A stretch of 64,000 bases of DNA from an uncultured cyanobacterium (GTDB lineage Bacteria > Cyanobacteriota > Cyanobacteriia > PCC-9006 > JAAUQQ01), in NCBI GenBank assembly GCA_963718615.1, contig OY970368.1:2656001-2720000 (forward strand). Direction: 5' to 3'. The notes under the pieces were generated by a model. That model searched no databases. It was not told where the DNA came from and saw only the letters and a program-made list of their open reading frames with translations. Both the position numbers and the translations under genes were made by a program. Shown here in pieces: positions 10,195 through 18,697 of the stretch; position 1 is the stretch's first letter, and each line of letters starts with the position of its first letter.

Positions 10195-10500
10195 GATGGG
10201 AACTCCAGTAATTTAGAACTTAGCTCCCTGACTCTCATGCTTAATTTATAACACCTACGTATATGAACTGCCGTAAATCTGCGATGAAAATAGGTGGTGT
10301 TTCTAGTCGTATAAACTCGGTATTTTTCCGTGATTCTACGAACTTTTTAGAGGGATAAAAAGAGTCTACGCATTTTGGAGATTTGGTCGCTGTCGAAGAA
10401 TTTCTAAAGCCAGCAGAATGGCGGTTGATGCTGTTTTCTTTGTTGGGAGCAAGTTGCATCCTAAGTTTCGAGACGATGCTTCTGACAGAGATTTTGAAGG

Positions 10501-10582
10501 GCCAAAGCAGTGCTATCTAGCACTGCTTTGGCTCAACGAAGTAGGATCCGCTAGGGGCCTATGCCGAGCAATCGCGGATCCT
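10501..10582. terminator. tandem hairpins downstream of the RTX adhesin gene
   Basis: perfect 15-bp IR GCCAAAGCAGTGCTA-tc-TAGCACTGCTTTGGC (10501-10532) and AGGATCCGC...GCGGATCCT (10543-10582). Confidence 0.6.
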
Positions 10583-10615
10583 TATACTCACTGGCGCTTA
10601 AAATCCAGCTAGAAT

Positions 10616-13600
10616 CTAACCGATAAACTCAAAGCTAGGGCTAGAGAGACTGAGGTTAGTATTGCCCTTGAAGACGGCGATCGCATCCCGACTCTTGTCG
10701 GCATCATTCCCCAGGCAATAGAGGATACTAGAACCTTGAGCCAGATCGGTCTCTATCACATACTGGTTGGCAGGACCATGGAGCACCACAACATCCTCAC
10801 CGACCGTGAAGTCATTGAGAATCGCAAAGTCGCCCCATGCCCCCCCAAAGTAGTAGGAGGTGTCCGTATTGGCGAGGACAAAGCGATCGCGTCCTGCCCC
10901 ACCCGTTAAATTGTCCACTTCCCACTTGCCGAGGGCAACATCGTCGGTCCCATTGAGAATATCGTTGCCGTTGCCGCCATAGAGATGATCGTTGCCTACA
11001 CCCCCTGTCAAACAGTCATCGCCATCCAGGGCTTTGATCTGGTCATTGCCGCCCAGGCCAAAGATATCGTCAGCCCCGTTAGTACCGGTCAGCGGCCAGT
11101 CGGCTTGTTCAGTTCCTAGAATTTTGGTTTTACCCCCCGCCTGAAGTTTGACGATCCCTGCATCCACAGTGCTGTTGAATTCTCCGATGGCAAGGGAAAT
11201 AATCCCCGTCATGCCTGAGACCGGATTAGCATCGGAGTCCAGGGCCTCGTTGCTGCCCACATTGGCCGTGGTCAGGCCAAAGCCATTCGCGACATTGCTA
11301 AAGGTGACTTTATAATTGCCAGCAGCGAGCTGATCAAAACCATAGTAGCCACTGTCTCCCACAACTTGGCTGCGGCTAAGGTCATCCGCTGTGCCAAAGG
11401 TAGCGTCTTGGCCTGCCCCGGTTAGGGTCACGCGCACCCCCCCGAAACCGCCTTCACCGTGGTCGTGGAGACCATTGCCATTCTCGTCGAGAAAGACACG
11501 GTTGCCGATGAAACCGGTTTTCGGATCAACGGGAGCCTGACGAACAACCCCAGCATCCACATTGGAGAGGAACTGCCCCAGTGTTAAGTTGATAACATCC
11601 GTAATCCCAGTGCTGGGATTGGCATCGGAATCGATATTCTCGTTAATCCCAACATTGGCAGACGTAAAGCTTAAACCGTCGGGCAGTTTGCTAAAGGCGA
11701 CCTTGTATTGACCCGCTGCTAAATTACTGAAACCGTAGTAACCACCATTACCGGTGACTTGACTGCGGATCACGTCATCAGCCGTGCCAAAGGTGCCGTC
11801 TTGACCGGCCCCAGCAAGCGTTACATGGATGCCATCTACACCGCCTTCGCTGCCATCGAGCACGCCGTTTTGGTTCGCATCTAGGAACACTCGGTTGCCG
11901 ATAAAACCGGTTTTGGGATCCACTGTGGTCGATTTGATGACCCCAGCATCGACATTCACTAAGGACTGACCCGGAGCCAGGTTAATCCCTGCCGTCATTC
12001 CTGTTGTCGGGTCAGCATCGGAGTCCAGATTTTCATCCCCACCAACATTCGGTGCGGTAAAGGCCAGACCATTCGGCAGGTCGCTAAAGGTCACCTTATA
12101 GTTGCCGGCTGCGAGCTCACCAAAGCCATAATAGCCGCCTGTCGCGGTCACTTGACTGCCCACAGTGACATCATCAAAGGTGCCAAAAGTACCGTCTTGG
12201 CCTGCACTGCTCAAGGTAACCCGAACCCCAGCCGCACCGCCTTCGGTGCTGTCGAGGCGACCATTAGCGTTTTCATCAAAGAATACACGGTTGCCGATAA
12301 AACCCGTTTTAGGATCTACAGGGGTAGTTTCCTTCACGGTTACGGATACTGTGGCATCGCTAATTTCGCCGTTGCCATCGGTGATGTGATAAGCAAAGAC
12401 ATCATTGCCCACAAAACCAGCATTAGGCGTATAGGAAACGGTGCCATCGTCATTGAGAATCACCGTACCGTTGACAGGTTGTCCCAGGGAGGAAACGGTC
12501 AAGGCATCGCCATCGGGGTCACTGTCATTGCTGAGCACGTTGATGCTGATACGTTCGCCTTTGTTGGTAGAAGCCGTGTCGTTTTTGGCGATCGGTGCAC
12601 GATTTCCCTGGGTGACATTGATCGTGATCTGGGCAATATCAGTCCCACCATTGCCATCACTAATTTGATAGGCCAGGGTGTCATTGCCAACAAATCCCGC
12701 ATTGGCGGTATATTTGATTTGATTATCAATCACCGCAGCAGTACCATTCACCGGACCCGTACCCATGATTTCAATAATGCTGAGGGGATCATTATCAGGG
12801 TCGATGTCATTCCCCAAAGCATCAATTGTGACTATTCCGCCCGATTCTACGGAAGCAAAGTCATCGATCGCATCTGGACGACCATTCACATTGAAAACAT
12901 CAACGGTAACCGTCGCATCATTGGTCACGCCATTGCTATCAATGATGTGATAGCTGAAGGTATCGGTTCCTACGAAGCCTTCATTGGGCGTATAAGAAAC
13001 CGTTCCATCATTGTTGAGATTGACAAAGCCATTGGCACCGTCGGCGAGAGAAGAAAGAAAGATTTCATCGCCATCAGGATCACTATCATTGGCTAATACG
13101 TCGATCGTGACGGTCTGACCTTGATTGGTTCCGGCAAAGTCATCTTGGGCATCAGGCGCACGGTTGGGTTGGCCCTGTCCCGTTACATGAATTCTTGCCG
13201 TTGCGGTATCGACGCCGCCTTTACCGTCAGAAATTCCATAGGAAAAAGAGACCTCTTGAACTTCACCATCATTGAGATAATCAAACTCTCCTTTTGCATC
13301 AAAGTCAATGCGTCCATCGGCGCTCACAAAAACTGCACCTTGGGACAATTTCACCCACTGCCCCGAACCCATGCTTGTTCCATTGACCTGGATGACACTG
13401 AGGGAATTCCCATCGGGATCACTATCGTTGCTCAGCAAATTAACGCCGTCAAAAACGCCACCCGTTTCCGTCTCACTGAACGTAAATTTATCATCATTGG
13501 CATTTGGTGCACGGTTTTCGGCAATATCTTTAACCGTGACATGGAGCAGTTGCGTATCCGTGTAGCCCGCTACATCTTTGACTTGTACCTTCACGTCATA

Positions 13601-13906
13601 GACGTTGTTTTTGCCGTAGTCTAGCGGATTTTCGTAGTCTGGGGCAGTCTTAAAATAGAGTTTGCCATTGCGAGCGTCAATTTCAAATAGGTGGGCATCT
13701 GAGCCGCCAATGATGCTATAGGTCAAGCGGCCATTAGATTCAGTGCTAACCGTATCGTAGGTTTCAACATCGGTGACCAGACGATTATTTTCATTGATAT
13801 GAACGCTAGCTTCACTGCCGCCACCGTTACTTGTAATTTGAGGTTTATCACTGCCGAAAAAGCTTCCGAAAGTCATGAGTGTGTTTGTCATTAGATTAGA
13901 GAACAC
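10616..13906 (-). CDS. RTX-type Ca-binding adhesin: cadherin + 4 Ig-like repeats + 3 SdrD-B + RTX nonapeptides
   Basis: FKTAPDYENP.D...NNVYDV cadherin; N(R/G)(A/R)PxAxDD repeats; TGFIGNRVFxD x3; GGVGNDHLYGGNGNDIL. Confidence 0.88.
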   Translation of the reverse strand: MFSNLMTNTLMTFGSFFGSDKPQITSNGGGSEASVHINENNRLVTDVETYDTVSTESNGRLTYSIIGGSDAHLFEIDARNGKLYFKTAPDYENPLDYGKNNVYDVKVQVKDVAGYTDTQLLHVTVKDIAENRAPNANDDKFTFSETETGGVFDGVNLLSNDSDPDGNSLSVIQVNGTSMGSGQWVKLSQGAVFVSADGRIDFDAKGEFDYLNDGEVQEVSFSYGISDGKGGVDTATARIHVTGQGQPNRAPDAQDDFAGTNQGQTVTIDVLANDSDPDGDEIFLSSLADGANGFVNLNNDGTVSYTPNEGFVGTDTFSYHIIDSNGVTNDATVTVDVFNVNGRPDAIDDFASVESGGIVTIDALGNDIDPDNDPLSIIEIMGTGPVNGTAAVIDNQIKYTANAGFVGNDTLAYQISDGNGGTDIAQITINVTQGNRAPIAKNDTASTNKGERISINVLSNDSDPDGDALTVSSLGQPVNGTVILNDDGTVSYTPNAGFVGNDVFAYHITDGNGEISDATVSVTVKETTPVDPKTGFIGNRVFFDENANGRLDSTEGGAAGVRVTLSSAGQDGTFGTFDDVTVGSQVTATGGYYGFGELAAGNYKVTFSDLPNGLAFTAPNVGGDENLDSDADPTTGMTAGINLAPGQSLVNVDAGVIKSTTVDPKTGFIGNRVFLDANQNGVLDGSEGGVDGIHVTLAGAGQDGTFGTADDVIRSQVTGNGGYYGFSNLAAGQYKVAFSKLPDGLSFTSANVGINENIDSDANPSTGITDVINLTLGQFLSNVDAGVVRQAPVDPKTGFIGNRVFLDENGNGLHDHGEGGFGGVRVTLTGAGQDATFGTADDLSRSQVVGDSGYYGFDQLAAGNYKVTFSNVANGFGLTTANVGSNEALDSDANPVSGMTGIISLAIGEFNSTVDAGIVKLQAGGKTKILGTEQADWPLTGTNGADDIFGLGGNDQIKALDGDDCLTGGVGNDHLYGGNGNDILNGTDDVALGKWEVDNLTGGAGRDRFVLANTDTSYYFGGAWGDFAILNDFTVGEDVVVLHGPANQYVIETDLAQGSSILYCLGNDADKSRDAIAVFKGNTNLSLSSPSFEFIG

Positions 13907-14456
13907 GGTTGATGCACCAACCTTTTATGAAAACCCCAACCCATGTTTGACGATTTGACGATTTGCGATCGCCAAATCAAGCACCCTCTTGCGTACCCTC
14001 TTGCATTGACATATAAGCCATCAAACTCACCCAATTCACAGCAATAAGGAGATGGTTTTAGGCTGAAATTGTCTGCCTCTTCAATGCGAAGGCTTACTGA
14101 TGTAACACTGAAATAGTATCAGCTTTAGCCAAATTCGGTAAAATCTCTAACACTTTTCCATAATATGCTTATTCTATCGAAATCAGTTTATAGACTCCTT
14201 GTTCTGCAAGCTTTTTGGGCTTCTGATGTAATATTTTTTATGGACAACAATTGTCGATCTCAAAATTACTTTGAAACACTTAAATAGAACTTTAAACTAC
14301 ACAGGCTTTGAATGAAGTCTCTTGCAATTTCTCATGATTTAACAGGAGCAGTGATGGTGAATTTACGCGAAAGAGCCAAAGGCCGTACTCCAAGAAATTG
14401 CCTTCGGCCTTAAAACAAAGAATTCTAGCGAGGCACAAGACGTTTGCAGATTTCAG

Positions 14457-14690
14457 TTACGTCAGATCGGCCCAAGCAGCAACGACCAACTCACTCAACC
14501 AGGCTCGTTCTTGAGGATCCAAGAGCGTATCTTCCTCAAGCAACTCAGCTTTCAGCTCTTCGAGGGTCCTGCCCTGGGATTGCGCCAGACGAATGACCCC
14601 AGCGATCGCGCTAGCCACCACTTCAGCATCGATAGGACCCTGCCGGAGGGCCAGAATTTCTTGGGACGTTGCAGGGATTGAAGGGTCCAT
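14457..14690 (-). CDS. small cyanobacterial hypothetical protein
   Basis: AIAGVI..AQSQG.TLEEL.AELL.ED.LLD...R.WLS pattern; isolated ATG ORF. Confidence 0.7.
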   Translation of the reverse strand: MDPSIPATSQEILALRQGPIDAEVVASAIAGVIRLAQSQGRTLEELKAELLEEDTLLDPQERAWLSELVVAAWADLT

Positions 14691-14988
14691 TAGACGTTGA
14701 TCACACCAACCTAAAGTGAAAGAATCTAGCTCGCTACAATTATGAGAGGCTGCAACGTTTGTTCATACATCGAGTGATTGACAGATTACCGTAATCTTGA
14801 CGGCTGTCAAGAATTTAACTCAGAAAATCTCCTCTTGGGTCTAAGTGGGTGAGGCTTGCTTCCAGTGACTGGCTTCCAGTGTGCTCCCAAGGCAAAGGCG
14901 TCTGGTCTCCCAAACGCCCCGCGAAATCCAGCAAAGTTTGTAGGTTGGGTTGAGCCTTGCGAAACTCAACAGATTAAATTCACAATCC

Positions 14989-15936
14989 TTAGCCTCCCGC
15001 CAAAGTGTCGATCACCTGTTGAGGCGCAATATCGGCGACGTTTTGAGTCGCAGCCGAAAGGCCAACGAACTTATCGCTATCCGGCAGGATATTTTTAGGA
15101 TTGATCCCGCCCAGCAAACCAATCGTGAAGGTTTGCACGGCAACGGCGAGCTGCATGGCCGCTTGATTGGTGCTGATCAGAACATTGGCTCCGGCAATCA
15201 GCGCAGCCAATTTGCCCAGGTCTTCGGGCTCTGAAACCTTAATCTCCAAGCCAGCCTCTCGCAACTCTGCGGCAAAGGAGCTTTCTTCGTCTTGAACGAC
15301 CAGCAGCGGCACATCCGGTTGCCGATTCCGAATTTCGCGTAGCATCAAACGCCAGCTATTGGTGGGATAGGCGGCGGCTTGGGCGGCCTCGGTCTTTTCC
15401 ATCCTGGCATCCACCAAAACATAGCCGCTGCCCGCCACGCCAAGACGAGCTTGTTCCGCTTCGGCCCATTCAATATCCTTACGGGGAACACTAATGGCCA
15501 CATCGGGGCAGGACCCCTGGATGTCTAGCGCCTGAAGTAGTGCATGGTAGGCTGCGGCTCTGTATTGTTCCTTAATAGCTAAGGGTTGGGTCAAAAATAG
15601 ATTAGCCGGACCGCTGGGTCCAATCCGATTGGGAATGCCGGTCAGCCACAGCAACAATCCTAGCCCCCAGCCACAGCTCACCGTGAGGACAGCGTCGTAT
15701 TCGCGATCGCGCATCAATCCCAACAAATTGCCCCAATCCGCCAAACTGTTACGGTCTGTAAAGTCAAAGGGGATGGCCTGATGAACGGTTTGACACACCC
15801 GATAGGCTCCAACGGCTCTAGGATTGGTGATCACGTCCACCTGAGCGTTGGGATAATAGCGGTGGATATCGCTCAGAGTCGGGAAAAAGAGAAATTGGTC
15901 GCTAATTCCGCCCGAAACGAGGGCCAGTATGCGCAT
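14989..15936 (-). CDS. glycosyltransferase family 9 (heptosyltransferase-like)
   Basis: MRILALVSGGISDQ.LFFPTL, FDF.DRNSLADWGNLLG and GKLAALIAGAN. Confidence 0.85.
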   Translation of the reverse strand: MRILALVSGGISDQFLFFPTLSDIHRYYPNAQVDVITNPRAVGAYRVCQTVHQAIPFDFTDRNSLADWGNLLGLMRDREYDAVLTVSCGWGLGLLLWLTGIPNRIGPSGPANLFLTQPLAIKEQYRAAAYHALLQALDIQGSCPDVAISVPRKDIEWAEAEQARLGVAGSGYVLVDARMEKTEAAQAAAYPTNSWRLMLREIRNRQPDVPLLVVQDEESSFAAELREAGLEIKVSEPEDLGKLAALIAGANVLISTNQAAMQLAVAVQTFTIGLLGGINPKNILPDSDKFVGLSAATQNVADIAPQQVIDTLAGG

Positions 15937-16027
15937 GGGATTAGAGCGTGTATTTTGCAATATCGCTCAATATTCTACTATCGACTACTGGATCAGGTTG
16001 AGCGATTGTAACGAGGAGACCAAGCCA

Positions 16028-16756
16028 GTGCATCTATTGATTCCGGCGGCGGGGATGGGAAAACGCATGGGGAGCGAGTGGCAGCGCCAAGGGCAAGGCC
16101 CGCGCAATAAGCTGCTTTTGACGCTGCTGGAGCAGCCACTCCTGGCCTGGACGCTGCGGGCAGCGGCGGCGGCGGCCAGCATCGAATGGATTGGGATCGT
16201 GGGCCAGCCCTTGGATTGGCCGGACTTTAAGGAGATTTTAGCGAGTCTCTCTCTTTCCAAACCCGTTGCGCTGATCCTAGGAGGCGAAACCCGCCAAGAC
16301 TCGGTTTACAACGGGCTGCAAGCTTTGCCACCGGAGGCTACTCAGGTCTTGATTCACGATGGGGCTCGCTGCTTGGCGACGCCGGAGTTATTTGATCGCT
16401 GTGCGGCGGCGCTGGAAACCTGTGAGGGCTTGATTGCAGCAGTTCCGGTCAAGGACACGATCAAGATCGTCAGCGCAGCCTCAGTCGGTGCAGCAGCCAT
16501 GATTGAGTCCACGCCCGATCGCGATCGCCTCTGGGCGGCTCAAACCCCCCAAGGCTTCTCCGTCCCTCAGCTCAAGCAATGTCACGAACAGGGGCGTCAA
16601 CAGGGCTTAGCGGTCACTGATGATGCGGCACTGTTTGAACATTTGGGGTTGCCGGTCCAGATTGTCCTGGGAGAAGAAACGAATTTGAAGGTGACGACGC
16701 CGGTTGATCTGGCGATCGCCGAGTTTATCCTGCGACAGCGGTTTCGCAATCTTTAG
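16028..16756 (+). CDS. ispD: 2-C-methyl-D-erythritol 4-phosphate cytidylyltransferase
   Basis: LIPAAGMGKRMG, GGETRQDSV, LIHDGARC, AQTPQGF and NLKVTTP.DL; GTG start inferred. Confidence 0.95.
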   Translation: MHLLIPAAGMGKRMGSEWQRQGQGPRNKLLLTLLEQPLLAWTLRAAAAAASIEWIGIVGQPLDWPDFKEILASLSLSKPVALILGGETRQDSVYNGLQALPPEATQVLIHDGARCLATPELFDRCAAALETCEGLIAAVPVKDTIKIVSAASVGAAAMIESTPDRDRLWAAQTPQGFSVPQLKQCHEQGRQQGLAVTDDAALFEHLGLPVQIVLGEETNLKVTTPVDLAIAEFILRQRFRNL

Positions 16757-17040
16757 CTTTGCAATCTTTAGCAATGGGGAGGGAAGTGGGCGATCGCCGT
16801 TAGCTCTCGATCCGTAACGCCAGTTCAAGGAATGTAAGGCTTCTAGACAATTTATCTTGATCCTGATCCCCCACGGGCGGTGCTCCTCATAATGGGAGCT
16901 AGATCCCCAGATGGCCGAACCCTCAAGCGCTCGAAGGTTGCTTCAAGCAGACTGCTGATTGTTGCAAGTTATTGCAGATGGATGCGATCGCCTTCTTCGC
17001 TTGGTCGTCAGGGGATCCTACTCTTCCAGGAGCTTTCGAT

Positions 17041-17178
17041 ATGAAAACGATGCAGCAATTGACCTATGCCCTTCAGTTTTTATTTGAGGCATTTATGGAG
17101 ATTTTCTCGGACACCGATAATTATCCTGCCGTCGGTTTTCAGCCCTATGACGGGGAGGTGTTCTCTCGGTGGGATTGA
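17041..17178 (+). CDS. atpT: 45-aa micro-protein, probable ATP synthase inhibitor AtpTheta (Norf1) family
   Basis: amphipathic N-helix plus EAFMEIFSDTDNYPAVGFQPYDGE; AGGAG RBS upstream; family recalled from memory. Confidence 0.55.
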   Translation: MKTMQQLTYALQFLFEAFMEIFSDTDNYPAVGFQPYDGEVFSRWD

Positions 17179-17210
17179 ACGATATCTTGGGCAAAAACCA
17201 TGATTTAGAA

Positions 17211-17243
17211 AAAAGCGGGACAAGGTTTGCTAGTCCCGCTTTT
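17211..17243. terminator. bidirectional intrinsic terminator
   Basis: AAAAGCGGGAC...GTCCCGCTTTT between convergent genes. Confidence 0.8.
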
Positions 17244-17296
17244 AGGTTTTAAGGCATCTTTGCCATCATCTGGAGGTGGTCCTTTGAAGCGTGGAT

Positions 17297-18442
17297 CTAG
17301 GTCGCAGCCACAACAGACTCAAAGACCGGATGGAAATAAAACGCCAAGCCCAAAATCACATAGGCCGCCAGCAGCAGGATTCCCTCTAGCCAATTGGATT
17401 TGCCATCCCCGCTAATGGAATTGGTAATCAGCACAGCCACAGCCACGGCCACCAGCTCAAAGGGGTTAAAGTCCAGATCCATGGGCTGACCGATCAACCA
17501 GCCAACAATCACCAAAACCGGGGCGACAAACAGAGCGATCTGCATGCTAGACCCCACCGCCACCGAGAGCGACAGGTCCATCTTGTCTTTCATGGCAACG
17601 GTCACAGCTGTAGCATGTTCAGCCGCATTGCCAATGATGGGCAGCAAAATTACACCCGTAAACAGTTCCGTGAACCCTAGGCTTTCGGTGGCAGATTCGA
17701 GCGATCCCACCAATAGCTCCGATTCCAGCGCCACCAACAGCGTTGCCCCCAGCAAAACGCCAGACCAGAGCTTTAAATTGGGTTTGTGAGGTTCCTCTGG
17801 GACGCTGCTAGAGCTAAGGCCCAGATCGGCGGCATGCTGTTCCGCTTCCGCTTCGATCTCAACGGTGCCCACCTCGTAAAGGTAGCTGTGGGTCTTCATG
17901 GAAAACAGCAGCGTTAGGGCATAGACCACAATCAGGACGATCGCCACCGCCACGGACAGCGTCTGGAGCGTCGCCTCACCAATGCCGCTGGAGGTGTACT
18001 GAACTGCTGTGGGGATCAAAATGGCAATCACCGCGAGATTCATCGCCGAAGCATTCATCCGAGCGGCAGTGGGCAAGAACTCTTGCTCCTTAAACCGGAT
18101 GCCACCCAGGAGCATGGCCAGCCCCATTACCAAGAGTAAATTGCCGATAATTGAGCCCGTAATACTGGCTTTGACCACATCCACCAGCCCAGCCCGCAGG
18201 GCAATGATGGCAATAATTAATTCCGTGGCATTGCCGAAGGTGGCATTGAGGAGTCCCCCCAGCGATGGCCCGACCACCACGGCGATTTCTTCCGTCGCGG
18301 CTCCCATCCAGGCCGCAAGCGGTAAAATGGCTAGAGCTGCCGTGATAAAGACCGTGATTTCTCCCCAGCCCAGGACATGTGCAGCCACAGAGACCGGGAT
18401 AAAGAGCAAGAGTCCTAAGAAAAATGGATTTTTGACCAGCAT
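17297..18442 (-). CDS. cax: Ca2+/H+ antiporter
   Basis: GGLLNATFGNATELI and GNAAEH alpha-repeat motifs. Confidence 0.94.
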   Translation of the reverse strand: MLVKNPFFLGLLLFIPVSVAAHVLGWGEITVFITAALAILPLAAWMGAATEEIAVVVGPSLGGLLNATFGNATELIIAIIALRAGLVDVVKASITGSIIGNLLLVMGLAMLLGGIRFKEQEFLPTAARMNASAMNLAVIAILIPTAVQYTSSGIGEATLQTLSVAVAIVLIVVYALTLLFSMKTHSYLYEVGTVEIEAEAEQHAADLGLSSSSVPEEPHKPNLKLWSGVLLGATLLVALESELLVGSLESATESLGFTELFTGVILLPIIGNAAEHATAVTVAMKDKMDLSLSVAVGSSMQIALFVAPVLVIVGWLIGQPMDLDFNPFELVAVAVAVLITNSISGDGKSNWLEGILLLAAYVILGLAFYFHPVFESVVAAT

Positions 18443-18697
18443 GCTTGAGAAAATCGATAAGCTAGGGAGTATATAAAAGTTTGGGGCGAATCATGCGGAT
18501 TTCGCTTTAACTTTTCTGAGATTTAATTATGCGTCAGGCATGATTGCAAGCGCACTACCGCTGTTCCCCCCTTCAAACGGATATCTTCAAGCGGACACTT
18601 ACAAGCGGATAGATGATTGGTTCTAGCATTCCCTGAGGTACTGCCTGTCGTGCGATCGCGCTCGTTCTTCTAAGAAATATTCCTTCAATCAATCTCT

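Noticed and set aside
5900-14450. adhesin locus as a recently acquired island
   Set aside because: HIP1 sites occur within it (e.g. 8363, 8741, 10677); no integrase, tRNA or flanking direct repeats seen
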